Below, in pieces: positions 47,066 to 57,673 of a DNA stretch of 64,000 bases. Source of the DNA: Candidatus Woesearchaeota archaeon (GTDB lineage: Archaea; Nanobdellota; Nanobdellia; Woesearchaeales; UBA583). A program made the position numbers and the translations under genes. Position 1 is the first letter of the stretch, and every line of letters begins with the position of its first letter. Under the pieces are notes generated by a model. It was not told the origin of the DNA. It searched no databases and saw only the letters and a list, made by a program, of their open reading frames with translations. The stretch covers positions 413,510 through 477,509 of the forward strand of contig CP060218.1 of the NCBI GenBank assembly GCA_023898345.1, in the 5' to 3' direction.

Positions 47066-47225
47066 AGATGTATGATCTTAAGTCTAGTCTATTATAAAAT
47101 TTTGTTTGCACCTCTCAAGTAAACATAGTCGGGTCTAGTGTTGAGGGATTGTTGTTGGAGAATTGTGATTGATGTTTTAAGGTTCTTTCCGAAATTTTTA
47201 TAAGGGTTTTTGCCTGTGTCTTTGT

Positions 47226-47750
47226 ATGGCTTTGAAAGAAGAAACCATTACAAAATTAGTGAGAAAGATTTTGCAAGTTCCTTTAAAGAAGGATTTTGAA
47301 AAAAAATTGCCTTTCGAAAAACTAAAGAGTTTTATACTTCTTTGTGGCGTTTCTGAGTCTGATTCTCCTTCTTTTCTAGGGTATTTTCGGGCTCGTCAAG
47401 ATTTTGAAGGTGAGAGACGAAAAGAGGCTCCAAAATATAAAGATTTTTTTCAGCCTTTTCTTTCTTGTCGCTTTGTGTTGTACTGTGATGCAAGGTATGA
47501 GGATTGTACTGAGGAAAAAGAGTTTTTGGTTTATGGTCTTCCTGAATTATATGACTTTAAGATTTTGAATGAGTGTATTTTATCTTCTGATTTATCTTCT
47601 GATTTGAAAAAGAGAGTTTCTCTTCTGGACATTAGAACTTTAAATGGGGATGTGAAGAATGTGTGTTCTGCCTTGCCAAAGCTTGTTCCTTTGTATGGCT
47701 CTGAGAACGGCAAGCAAGTGATTGTTGCTTATCTTCGATGCAGGGAGTAA
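47226..47750 (+). CDS. Hypothetical protein (174 aa)
   Basis: ORF only. Confidence 0.4.
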   Translation: MALKEETITKLVRKILQVPLKKDFEKKLPFEKLKSFILLCGVSESDSPSFLGYFRARQDFEGERRKEAPKYKDFFQPFLSCRFVLYCDARYEDCTEEKEFLVYGLPELYDFKILNECILSSDLSSDLKKRVSLLDIRTLNGDVKNVCSALPKLVPLYGSENGKQVIVAYLRCRE

Positions 47751-47919
47751 TTCTTATTTGCTTTGTCCTAGGTGCAAATCGTAGAGTTCTTTGAAAATCT
47801 GCATGCTAGTTTTTTTCTCTTCTTTTTTTAAAACTTCTGACGACAAAGCATTTAAAGCTTGTTTTCTTCTTTTCCTTTTAGGTGCTTTTTTGTTCTTGGC
47901 ATCATAGTCTTATCGAAAA

Positions 47920-49506
47920 ATGGCAAATCATAACAAACGAAGGCTTGTTTCTTTGGCGCTGCTTGTGGCAGTTTTTTTGATGCTCTTTAGTTTAGGGGCT
48001 TGTTCTTTGACTCAAAAGGATGTTTCACAGAATCTTTCTCAAGATGATCAAGTGGATGGTAATACTTCAGGAGTTGAGACTAATGAAACTTCTTTGACTG
48101 ATTCAAAGGTGAATTCTTCTTCAGTTAATGAAACTGTTGATGCTTCTTTTACTCCTCATGTGTATGTCAATGAAAATTACTATAAGGAAACAGTTATACA
48201 AACGGGAATTGATAGTGCTCGTTCTGTTGCTGTTCTTGATGGAAAAATTTTGATTTTGGGCAAGGACCTTGATGATGAGTCAAAATGGAAGTTGTATCAT
48301 TTCAAGGGAGCTTGGAGAGATTTTGAAGATTATTATACGGGAAGTGCTGAAGCTAATTTTCAGAAAACTTTCTCTTCTAAGGGGTATTTATCTTTAACGG
48401 TTATTCGTGGGGAATTGTACTTTTTGACGGGAGATGGTGTCTATATAGATGAGGATGGAGAGTTTGTTCTTTTATTTTCTAATGGGGATTATGATAGAAA
48501 AGAGGGAGAGAATATTATTGATTATGCTATAGATAGTAAGGGCAATTATTTTATTGAAACAAATTGGAAAATTCTTAGATTTGATGGAGAAAGTGTTGAG
48601 ATAGTCTATGAGAGTTCTGTTGAGTTAAAGGGATTGGCAATTGATAGGGGAGATATTATTGCCTTTGGAACTTCAGATAAAGAAATTTATGCTTTGGATG
48701 ATGGAGGTGAGGGGGATCCTCGCTTACTAGTTGGTCTAAAGGATGAATTTGCTGGTGAGTACAATGAAACGAATCCTTTTTCTTATGTTGTTAGTGATGT
48801 ATCAGAATTGCGTTTTGATACTCGGGACAATTTATATTTTAAGGGAAAATCTGAGGTATATAGGCTTGATGCTGATACTGGACTTTTGCAATGGGTTCCT
48901 TTGACGACAAAGTATGGGGATTTTGGTTCAGATCCTCGTTTTTTCTATGCTCTTGTCACTCCTTCGCAGCTTGTTATGGTGATGAAAGATAGTAAGGTTC
49001 TTTCTACTTTGACGGTGGATCCTTTGGCGGCTCCTTATGTTGTTGCTAAATCTGAGGCTAATAAAAAGGTTGATTTGAAGATTGGGGGTGTTGCTGTTTA
49101 TTCTGAGGCTGGAACCTTGTTTGATGAGGAAAGTTCTGGAAAGGCTTTGGTTGAAAAGAAAGATCATACTATTTTGACAAGTCAGCAATTTTATCTTGTT
49201 CCTACTATTGAAAATGCTGGTTCTTCTGTACTTGTCGCTGACTCTTTGAAAATCGGGATGTATTCTGGTGATAGGAGTGGTCTTTTGGAGGTGCGTTATT
49301 GTCGGCCTTTTAGGATTGTTCTTGAACCTGGACAGACCTTAGTTTGTGATTATCGTCTTGAAGGAGGAAGGGGACTTGTGAATCCAGGAGAGTTTTCCTA
49401 TTCTGTTAAAGTTGATCATGAGGATTCTAAGAGTAATGGCAATATTAAGGAAACAAACGAGAAGAACAACTTTGCAGATGTGAAATTGAAGGTTGTATCT
49501 CCTTAA
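47920..49506 (+). CDS. Secreted lipoprotein with a C-terminal CARDB-like domain
   Basis: Lipobox LGACS. The C-terminus ...ETNEKNNFADVKL resembles the CARDB E.NE.NN ending. Confidence 0.5.
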   Translation: MANHNKRRLVSLALLVAVFLMLFSLGACSLTQKDVSQNLSQDDQVDGNTSGVETNETSLTDSKVNSSSVNETVDASFTPHVYVNENYYKETVIQTGIDSARSVAVLDGKILILGKDLDDESKWKLYHFKGAWRDFEDYYTGSAEANFQKTFSSKGYLSLTVIRGELYFLTGDGVYIDEDGEFVLLFSNGDYDRKEGENIIDYAIDSKGNYFIETNWKILRFDGESVEIVYESSVELKGLAIDRGDIIAFGTSDKEIYALDDGGEGDPRLLVGLKDEFAGEYNETNPFSYVVSDVSELRFDTRDNLYFKGKSEVYRLDADTGLLQWVPLTTKYGDFGSDPRFFYALVTPSQLVMVMKDSKVLSTLTVDPLAAPYVVAKSEANKKVDLKIGGVAVYSEAGTLFDEESSGKALVEKKDHTILTSQQFYLVPTIENAGSSVLVADSLKIGMYSGDRSGLLEVRYCRPFRIVLEPGQTLVCDYRLEGGRGLVNPGEFSYSVKVDHEDSKSNGNIKETNEKNNFADVKLKVVSP

Positions 49507-49563
49507 TTTTTCCCTGTGAAGAGTAACAAATCTTTAAAACTTGTTTTTTTGCTTTTTTTTGTA

Positions 49564-52500
49564 ATGACATTCATTAAGAGGATGAAACTCGAAGGCTTCA
49601 AGTCTTTTGCAAATCCGACTACTATTTCTTTTGAACAGGGTTTTAATACAATTGTCGGTGCCAATGGTTCGGGAAAGTCGAATGTGTTTGACGCTCTGTG
49701 CTTTGTTCTTGGTCGTATGAGTTCGAAGGGGCTTCGTGCTGAAAAGCTGGGAAACCTTGTTTTTAATGGTGGAAAAAATCTTAAGCCTGCTCGTGCTGCG
49801 GAGGTTAGTATTTTTCTTTCTAATGAACAAAGAGAGCTTCTGGATAGTGAGTTGGATGAGATTAAGATTTCTCGTGTTGTCAAAAAGGATGGTTCGTCGA
49901 CGTACTTGCTCAATAATGTGAAGGTGACGAGAACGGAGATTGTGGAAATTTTGAGGCGTGCGTACATTGACCCGGATGGGTACAATATTATTTTGCAAGG
50001 GGATATTATGCGTATTGTTAATATGAGTCCTTTGGAGAGAAGGGAGCTTATCGAGGAGATTTCTAATGTTTCGGGTTACGAAGAAAAGAGAGAAAAGGCA
50101 ATGAAGAAGCTGGGGCAAATTGAACTGGATTTGAAGAATGCAGATCTTCTCATGGAGGAAAAGTCAAAGTATCTTAAGGAATTAAAGTCTGAAAAGGAAC
50201 AGGCAGAGAAATTTCATTCTGTGAAGGAGGATCTTCGTTTTAACAATTTGCTTTTGATAAAGGCAAAGATTGTCCGTAACGCTCAGCTGAAGGCAAAAAA
50301 GGAGGAGGAACATAAAGAGCTTGAGGAGGTTCTTTCAAAGCATAAGGTCAAACTTGATGATATTAGTACGAAGCAAAAAGAAATTGATGAGCAGATTACA
50401 GAAATTGAGAAGGAAATCGAGGTGAAATCTCACAAGGATTTTATTGCAGTTACAAATACCATTACGAGTCTTGAGGGTGAAGTCAAGCTTTTGAGTGAAA
50501 AAAAGGCAGAGTACACAAAGCAGAAAGAGGAAGTTTTGGTGAAGGAACGAGAGTTGAAGGAATCTTTGAAGAAGGGAAAGGAGGAATTGTCTGTTCTGGA
50601 AAAGGAGATTACGGAGCTTTCGGGGAAAAAGTCTCTTGCTCAAAAGGAATTGGAAGGGTTTGAAAAAGATTTGGCGGAACTGAAAAAGGGGGTTGGTTCT
50701 GGCGGTTTTGAGGAAATTGAGGAATTAGAAGTTCAAATTGATGAATTGATGAAGCAAAAACACGACAAAGTTTTGCTCCGTCAGGACAATGCTGTTCATG
50801 TGGAAAAGCTCAATGCCAAACTTGAACATCTTCAGGATGAGCAAAAAAAGATTGACGATTTAATTAAGGAAAATAGTGGACAGGCAAAGGAGCTTGATTC
50901 GTACAGAAAGGAACTTAAGGATTTGATTGTAAAAACGTCTTCTCTTGCAAGTAAACACAGCGAGCACAGTGCGCGTTACGGGAAACTGAATAGGGAAATG
51001 GAAGAGCTTTCTGAGCAGTGCAACAAGCTAAGAATGAAGGCTGAAACAAGCAGAGATTTGATGGCGACAAACAGAGCTGTTGATGCTATTCTCAAATGCA
51101 AGGCGCAGGACAAAGCAATTCATGGTAGTGTTTCGGAGCTGGCTTCTGTTCCGGAGAAGTATTCTTTGGCGCTTGAGGCAGTTGCTGGAAAAAACACCTT
51201 TAACATTGTTGTTGATTCAGATTCGACGGCTGTGAAATATATTAATTATTTGAGAGACAATAAAATTGGGAGTGTTACTTTTCTTCCTTTGAATAAGGTT
51301 ACTACAAAGTTTAAGCTTGAGGACAGTGTTCTTCGTAAAAAGGGAGTTGTTGATTATGCTCTTAATTTGGTGAAGTTTGATCCTGAATATCAAAATATTT
51401 TTCATCTTGTTTTTCAGGATACTCTTGTTATTGAAAGGATTGAAGATGCAAAGTTCATTGGAATCGGCGATTACAAAATGGTAACTTTGATGGGCGATCT
51501 TGTTGCTAAGTCTGGTGCTATGAGTGGTGGTTTTAAGTCGCGTTCAAAGGGAATTGGCGCATTTAAGGACGACAAGACGAGTGAACAGTTGTCTGCAATG
51601 GAGGCAAAACTTTCTTCTTTGCACTCTTCAGTTGATCATATTCGAGGTGAGCGTGATGATTGTGAGCGACAATTGTACGACGCGCGTGTACGAAAGATGG
51701 AGGTGGAAGCGGAGATTGCTAAGATTGAGAAGGTCTTGAGTGTTGGCGGGAGCGATCCTCAGCGCATTGCTTCGGAGATGGAAGCTTTACTTGGCGACAA
51801 AACGGTTATTGATTCTTCTCTTCAAAAAATTTCTCGAGAAATTAGTGGACTTGATGAGGCACTTGCTGACTTGCAGAAGAAAAAGCAACTGTTGCGAAAT
51901 GAGTCTTCTGAACGAGGGACGGTTATGGCTGACATTGCTTCTTTTGAAGAGAAAAGAGATGCTGCACGTAACAAGCTTATTGAACTGAGTTCTTTTTTGG
52001 AAACTTCTTCTATTAAGATGAATAGTGTTCTTCTTCCGGAGTTGAAAAATATTGAAAAAATCATTAAGGATGGAGAACTTTCTCAGAAGCAACTTTCTGA
52101 ATTGATTGCGCAGACGAGCGACAAACTAAAGCAGCTTTCTTCTGAACTTGGCGAACACAGAGCAAGGGAAAAGGAATTGTCAAAGGGCTACCAAGAATTT
52201 ATTTCTCGTCGTGATGGTCTTCGTGAACAGAAGAAAGAGTTTGAGGAAAAGTATGCAAGAGAATTTGAGAAGTTTGATAAGGTTAAGGAAAAGGCAAGTG
52301 GTTTGCGTTATGCAATTGAAGAGTATGGGACGCTTCAGCAGAGTTTGAATGAGGAGCTGGAGATTGTGTATGAGGATTTGCGTGTTGAACTTATGGAAGG
52401 TGGCGAGGGAGAACAGGATGAAAAAGTTGTTGAAGAATTAATTGATAGGGTTGACGAGAAGCTTAGTTCTGGCGCTGTTGATGTGAAGGAGTTGCAAAAT

Positions 52501-53178
52501 AAGGTTAATACTTTGAAGAGCAAACTCAATAGCTTTGGTTCTATTAACATGAAGGCTGTTCAGATTTATGACAAACTGAATGAGGAATTTACGGCACTTC
52601 TTGACAAAAGACAGACTTTGAATGTTGAGCGTGATGACATTTTGCAGTTTATTGCTGAGATTGATGAGAAGAAGAAGGAGAAATTCTTGCAGACTTTTGC
52701 AAGTTTGAAGGAGCATTTTATTAGAATTTTCTCTTTACTTTCTTCAAAGGGTGAAGCTGAACTTGACATTGAGAATGAAAAGGACCTGTTTAACTCTGGC
52801 GTGGATATTCGTGTGAGGCTGAGTAAGAATAATTATCTTGATATTAAGTCTTTGAGTGGTGGTGAGAAAACGATTACTGCTATTGCTTTTATTTTTGCGG
52901 TTCAAGAATTTAATCCTGCGAGTTTTTACATTTTTGATGAGGTTGATGCTGCTCTTGATATTATGAATTGTGAAAAGCTTGGCCAATTGGTTCTTGAAAA
53001 TTCTTCAAAGGCACAGTACATTGTTGTAAGTCATAGTGAGCACTTTGTCCAGAATGCTCAAACTATCTTTGGCGTGACGATGGACAAGAACAAGGTCTCT
53101 GGCGTCGTCAGTCTGGATTTGAGTGAGACGGCTAAGTATGTCGATGCTGGTGGCGCTGAGCCTGAGGCTGGTGAGTGA
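49564..53178 (+). CDS. smc: Chromosome segregation protein SMC
   Basis: N-terminal MTFIKRMKLEGFKSF...GANGSGKSN Walker A, long coiled coils, a hinge, and a C-terminal LSGGEK signature with DE Walker B. Confidence 0.9.
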   Translation: MTFIKRMKLEGFKSFANPTTISFEQGFNTIVGANGSGKSNVFDALCFVLGRMSSKGLRAEKLGNLVFNGGKNLKPARAAEVSIFLSNEQRELLDSELDEIKISRVVKKDGSSTYLLNNVKVTRTEIVEILRRAYIDPDGYNIILQGDIMRIVNMSPLERRELIEEISNVSGYEEKREKAMKKLGQIELDLKNADLLMEEKSKYLKELKSEKEQAEKFHSVKEDLRFNNLLLIKAKIVRNAQLKAKKEEEHKELEEVLSKHKVKLDDISTKQKEIDEQITEIEKEIEVKSHKDFIAVTNTITSLEGEVKLLSEKKAEYTKQKEEVLVKERELKESLKKGKEELSVLEKEITELSGKKSLAQKELEGFEKDLAELKKGVGSGGFEEIEELEVQIDELMKQKHDKVLLRQDNAVHVEKLNAKLEHLQDEQKKIDDLIKENSGQAKELDSYRKELKDLIVKTSSLASKHSEHSARYGKLNREMEELSEQCNKLRMKAETSRDLMATNRAVDAILKCKAQDKAIHGSVSELASVPEKYSLALEAVAGKNTFNIVVDSDSTAVKYINYLRDNKIGSVTFLPLNKVTTKFKLEDSVLRKKGVVDYALNLVKFDPEYQNIFHLVFQDTLVIERIEDAKFIGIGDYKMVTLMGDLVAKSGAMSGGFKSRSKGIGAFKDDKTSEQLSAMEAKLSSLHSSVDHIRGERDDCERQLYDARVRKMEVEAEIAKIEKVLSVGGSDPQRIASEMEALLGDKTVIDSSLQKISREISGLDEALADLQKKKQLLRNESSERGTVMADIASFEEKRDAARNKLIELSSFLETSSIKMNSVLLPELKNIEKIIKDGELSQKQLSELIAQTSDKLKQLSSELGEHRAREKELSKGYQEFISRRDGLREQKKEFEEKYAREFEKFDKVKEKASGLRYAIEEYGTLQQSLNEELEIVYEDLRVELMEGGEGEQDEKVVEELIDRVDEKLSSGAVDVKELQNKVNTLKSKLNSFGSINMKAVQIYDKLNEEFTALLDKRQTLNVERDDILQFIAEIDEKKKEKFLQTFASLKEHFIRIFSLLSSKGEAELDIENEKDLFNSGVDIRVRLSKNNYLDIKSLSGGEKTITAIAFIFAVQEFNPASFYIFDEVDAALDIMNCEKLGQLVLENSSKAQYIVVSHSEHFVQNAQTIFGVTMDKNKVSGVVSLDLSETAKYVDAGGAEPEAGE

Positions 53179-53415
53179 TGTTAAGGGAGTGTAGTTTTAG
53201 GTGTATTTTGCAGGAAGTGGCACTGGGGAAGTTTCCGGAAGAAGGTCTATGAGCTTTTCTTTAACTCTTTGGTGTAGTGTTTTTTTCTTTTGATTTGGTG
53301 GGTCTATGTCGGCTCTGGAGATGTAGTTTCCCACAAAGTAACTTGTTGCCCCACTTCCTGTAATTATTATCTCGGGACACATCTTATTTTTATACTTCTT
53401 TTTTTTGTTTCAACT

Positions 53416-53652
53416 ATGAATGTTCACAAATATTGGTTTAAGCCAAAGCGTTACGGGTACGGAGCTACTCCCTCTAGTTGGGAGGGATGGGTAGTTGTTT
53501 TGCTTTTTATCTTTCTTCTCATAGCTATTTCTTTGTTTGTTGGTCCTGAGAAAATCTGGTTTTATGTTTTCCTTCTTCTTTTTACTCCTCTTCTTGTGTA
53601 TATTTCCCAGGTAAAAACTGATGGGGACTGGCGTTGGCGTTGGGGTAAGTAG
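53416..53652 (+). CDS. Small membrane protein (about 78 aa)
   Basis: Two hydrophobic helices. Start taken at the internal Met of ORF 53290..53652. Confidence 0.3.
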   Translation: MNVHKYWFKPKRYGYGATPSSWEGWVVVLLFIFLLIAISLFVGPEKIWFYVFLLLFTPLLVYISQVKTDGDWRWRWGK

Positions 53653-53654
53653 TT

Positions 53655-54500
53655 TTAGTCGAGCATTCCGCAGGCTGCTTTTATGTCTGTGCCTCGATTT
53701 TGGCGTATGAAGCATTTGTATCCTGCTTTTCGTAGTTTTTCTTTGAAATATTCACATCTTTCTTGATTTGATGCTTTGTATGTTTTGTTGTTTAGTTTGA
53801 GTTCTCCATTTAAGGGAATAAGATTTATGTTTGTCATGGGGCTAAGATTGAGCGCAAGAAGTTCTTTGAGGTCTTCTTCTGTGTCATTGAAATCTTCTAT
53901 CATGATGTATTCTATCATTATTTTTTCTTTTCTGTCTTTGTTGTAAGTATTGCAGAGTTCAATGAGCTCTTCGATTTTTGTGTTTTTTTGGCTTTGGATG
54001 AGGGTGTCGCGCTTTCTTTGTATGGCGCTGTGCAGGGAAAGAGCTAGTTTGACTTTTGGTTTTTGTTCTATGAATTGTTTGAACTGTGGCATGGGTGCAA
54101 TGGTTGAAAGGGTTATTTTCTTGTAAGGGTAGGAGTATGTTTTGTGAATGTGTTCAATTGCTTTTTCGACTTGTTCTTTATTGAGGAGGGGTTCGCCCAT
54201 CCCCATAAAAACGAGTGCGGTCAGGTATGTCTGTGCTTGCTTTGTTCTGTCGGCTTCTTTGTTTTGAACTTCTTCTAATGCTTTTTCAAATTGTTCGAGA
54301 ATATCTTTTTCTGTGAGGTTTTGTTTGAAACCTTGTTTTCCTGTGAGGCAGAATGTACAGGCGATGGGACAGCCGACTTGCGAGGAAATGCACAGTGTTG
54401 TCTTTTTGTTTTTTTGGGGGATGAGTACGGCATGATGTCCTTTGTCGAAGTGGAGCTTTGTCGTGCTGTCTTGTGAAACTTCCTTTTTTATGAGAGACAT
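53655..54500 (-). CDS. Radical SAM enzyme, RlmN/Cfr-like RNA methyltransferase family (short form)
   Basis: LCISSQVGCPIACTFCLTG (CxxxCxxC), MGMGEPL, and the C-terminal AACGML. Confidence 0.65.
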   Translation of the reverse strand: MSLIKKEVSQDSTTKLHFDKGHHAVLIPQKNKKTTLCISSQVGCPIACTFCLTGKQGFKQNLTEKDILEQFEKALEEVQNKEADRTKQAQTYLTALVFMGMGEPLLNKEQVEKAIEHIHKTYSYPYKKITLSTIAPMPQFKQFIEQKPKVKLALSLHSAIQRKRDTLIQSQKNTKIEELIELCNTYNKDRKEKIMIEYIMIEDFNDTEEDLKELLALNLSPMTNINLIPLNGELKLNNKTYKASNQERCEYFKEKLRKAGYKCFIRQNRGTDIKAACGMLD

Positions 54501-54576
54501 TTTTGTGTTTTCTTTTTCTTTACTCTTTGTTGGGGGCAGGCTAAGCTTTTAAAGAAATTGTTTTTTACTCCCATTT

Positions 54577-55116
54577 ATGAAAATTCGTATTCTTATGATT
54601 CTTGCAAAGGAGGGATATCGTGATGAGGAGTATGAAGTTCCTAAAGGAGTTTTTGAATCTGAGGGCTTTGAGGTTGTTACCGCAAGTACAGAATTAGGGG
54701 AAGCAAAAGGAAAGCTTGGTGGCTTTGCTCATGTTGATGTTTGTGTGTATGATGTTCAAGCAAAGGATTTTGATGCTGTTGTTTTTGTTGGTGGTCCGGG
54801 TGCTCCTTCGTACTGGCATGATCTGCGTGTTGAAAAGCTTTTGCAGGATTTCTCTGAACTGAAAAAAGTTGTTGCTGCGATTTGTATTGCACCTACTATT
54901 TTGGCGTATGCGGGTCTTCTTGAGGGAAAGAGGGCAACTGTGTTTAATGAAGATCAGGATCATGTTGGAGAGAATATTTTGAGGGAGAAGGGAGCTTTGT
55001 ACACGCGTGCTGACGTCATAGTTGATGGGAACTTTGTTACAGCGTGTGGTCCGAAACCTGCTGAGGAGTTTGCTTTGGCTGTCGTTGGCGTTTTTCATGA
55101 AAGTGATGATTCTTAG
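54577..55116 (+). CDS. DJ-1/PfpI family protein
   Basis: The family fold with the AICIAP nucleophile-elbow region. Confidence 0.7.
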   Translation: MKIRILMILAKEGYRDEEYEVPKGVFESEGFEVVTASTELGEAKGKLGGFAHVDVCVYDVQAKDFDAVVFVGGPGAPSYWHDLRVEKLLQDFSELKKVVAAICIAPTILAYAGLLEGKRATVFNEDQDHVGENILREKGALYTRADVIVDGNFVTACGPKPAEEFALAVVGVFHESDDS

Positions 55117-55300
55117 GTTTTTCTTTTGGTGAAGAAAGGTTTTAGGCGCAGATGTACCTGATTGAGGTTACTTTTTACCTTTAAATAGGAAATTCATTTT
55201 TCTGGCTAATCTTTAAAAAGGGTTTTGAGGCGCACTTTCTACAGAGTACAAATATGAAGAGTTTTTGTACATTTGTTTGTAAGAACGTATTGATTTAGGT

Positions 55301-57673
55301 GTGGTTTGTATGCAAAAAAATATGACAATTATGAGAGGTGTTTTAGCTTTTTTTTTGATGATTCCTTTTTTTCTTTCAGGAAGTTATGCTGTTGAAACGT
55401 ATGATAGTATTTTTGGAAACAAGGTTTTTTTTGTTCTTGGGGCAGAAGAATCAGAAAAAAGCTTGCCTTATGTGTACGATATGTCTTCTTCTGCTCATCA
55501 TGGTTATGTTCTTGGGCCAGTTAAAGTTGATGGTGAAGATTTAGTTTTTAGTTCTTCAGATTCTCGGTTAATTGTTGATCATGATTCTGATTTTGACTAT
55601 TGGAAGGGAAATACGTTTACTCTTTTTTTTGATGTTATGCTTTATAATTTGTCAAAGGATAGTCTTCTTCTTTCTAAATGGAGAAATTATGGTTTTAAGA
55701 TTGTCTATTTGAAGAATGGGCATGTCTATGTTATTGTTAAAGATAGTAATGATGATAAAGAAAAATGGTATGATACTGGGATTCTTTTTAAGAAAAGTCA
55801 TTATACATATAATGTTGCCTTTACGTTTGACAGGACTCTTAAAGAGCTAACTTCTTATTCTGAAGGAAAAAAGGTTAGTAGTGTAGATCTTGCTTCTTCT
55901 CTTGATGCTGCAATTACTCCTGATGCTCCTTTAGTTGTTTCAAGTTCTGATAGACCTTTTTATGGAGAAATTTCTAGAATTATTTGGAAGGATAAGCGTT
56001 TGTCTCCTTCTGAGTATTATATTATGTTTTCAAAAGATATTTCTTCTTATGCAAGTTTGGTTTCTTCAGAAAATCATTTCACAAAAAATTTACCTCAAAT
56101 AGCTGTTCCTTCTGAACCTGTAGTTTCAGTGGTTGTGCCTTCAGTTGTTCTTAATGAAACGAGTACTGAAAATGTGACTCCTTCAGTTCCTTCGTCTTCT
56201 TTATGGTCAGATAATTTGAAGATACTTGAAATTCCTGCAGGTTCTGTCAATGGAATTAGGGATGCTTTGAAGCTGGATTGTGATAGTGGTTGTCGTCTTG
56301 TTCTTGGCGAAGGTGTTTATGAAACTGGTGGCATTGAATTTTTAAATCTTGAAAGTGTTGTTATTGAGGGTCAAGGAAAGGGAAAAACTATTTTTAGAAA
56401 TGCAGGGTATTCAAATACTGAGGCTATGCTTTCTTTTGTGAATTCAAACAATATTCTTCTTAAAGATTTCACAGTTGATTTGAATAATTTTTCGGGAATG
56501 AACGGAATTTTATTTCATGAAACTACGGGCCAAACATTAGAAAATGTTGAGGTTATTAATGCGAAGGAGGAAGCAATTCTGAGCACGGTGTGTGAGGTCT
56601 GTGAGGAGACCAAAACTGGTCCTCGTGTGTCTGTGGGAATTAGTGATGAGTTATCTTCTCTTTTGAACACGAATCTTAAACGGATTGATGTTCCTCGTCG
56701 TAGTGTTGATATGCTTCGTCAGGCTATTGATGCTTGTCCTGAAACTGGGTGCCATATTGTACTTGGTGAGGGTGTTTATGAAACTGGTGGTATTGATATT
56801 GAAAATAAGGAGAATTTAGTTTTGGAGGGGCAGGGTTCTTCTAAAACAATTTTGAGAAATAGTGGATATGCTAATACAGAAGCGATGGTGAGAGTTCTTG
56901 ATTCAAAAAATATTACTCTTCGCAATTTTGGGATTGATGGTGGAAGTATTGCTGGTTTGCATGGTGTTCTTTTGCGAGGAACTAGGGATAGTACTGTTGA
57001 AAATTTGATTGTACGCAATGTAGGTGGAAGTGGGATTAAGACAAATGGTGTTTGCTCTTTTTGTGAACATGAAAATGTCAATAATCTTATTCGGAATAAT
57101 TATGTTGATGGTTGGGCTTACAATGGAATTGATTTATACTTTGCTCGTTCAAATGTTGTTCGCGGAAACGAGGTTACAAATGGTGTTTATGTTGGTATTA
57201 TTTCGTATACAGAGGGTAAGGGAAATGTTATAGAGGATAATTTTGTTCATGATCTCTCTCAAGATGGTATTCAGATTCGAGGTAGGGAGGAAGAATGGCA
57301 GACGTATGCCGATGCAAATGTAGTTCGTTTTAATAGGGTTGAAAATGTTAGTCTTGGTGAAGGTACGGCTTCTGGTATTCTTATTAATGTTAATACAAAG
57401 AACACTGTGGTTGCTTCAAATTTTGTAAGTGGTACGGAGGGTAATTGTATTAAATTTAGTGAACAGAGTTTGAAAAATCTTTTAGATTCAAATTATGTGG
57501 ATTACTGTGGTGTTGATGGTATTTCTACTAGTGGTTCAGCTTCTTCTGGGGTTGCTAAGAATAATATTATTGGTTTTCATCTCTGGGAGTTTGGGGATCC
57601 TTTTTCAACTCAGTCGGCAACGTGGACGTATATTGGGAACTATTATAAGGGGACTTTGGTGTATGAGGGTTAA
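55301..57673 (+). CDS. Secreted right-handed beta-helix (pectin-lyase-fold) repeat protein with an internal ~156-aa tandem duplication
   Basis: Signal peptide; NxVxxN-type beta-helix rungs; duplicated module ...C..GC.(L/I)VLGEGVYETGGI.... Confidence 0.55.
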   Translation: MVCMQKNMTIMRGVLAFFLMIPFFLSGSYAVETYDSIFGNKVFFVLGAEESEKSLPYVYDMSSSAHHGYVLGPVKVDGEDLVFSSSDSRLIVDHDSDFDYWKGNTFTLFFDVMLYNLSKDSLLLSKWRNYGFKIVYLKNGHVYVIVKDSNDDKEKWYDTGILFKKSHYTYNVAFTFDRTLKELTSYSEGKKVSSVDLASSLDAAITPDAPLVVSSSDRPFYGEISRIIWKDKRLSPSEYYIMFSKDISSYASLVSSENHFTKNLPQIAVPSEPVVSVVVPSVVLNETSTENVTPSVPSSSLWSDNLKILEIPAGSVNGIRDALKLDCDSGCRLVLGEGVYETGGIEFLNLESVVIEGQGKGKTIFRNAGYSNTEAMLSFVNSNNILLKDFTVDLNNFSGMNGILFHETTGQTLENVEVINAKEEAILSTVCEVCEETKTGPRVSVGISDELSSLLNTNLKRIDVPRRSVDMLRQAIDACPETGCHIVLGEGVYETGGIDIENKENLVLEGQGSSKTILRNSGYANTEAMVRVLDSKNITLRNFGIDGGSIAGLHGVLLRGTRDSTVENLIVRNVGGSGIKTNGVCSFCEHENVNNLIRNNYVDGWAYNGIDLYFARSNVVRGNEVTNGVYVGIISYTEGKGNVIEDNFVHDLSQDGIQIRGREEEWQTYADANVVRFNRVENVSLGEGTASGILINVNTKNTVVASNFVSGTEGNCIKFSEQSLKNLLDSNYVDYCGVDGISTSGSASSGVAKNNIIGFHLWEFGDPFSTQSATWTYIGNYYKGTLVYEG

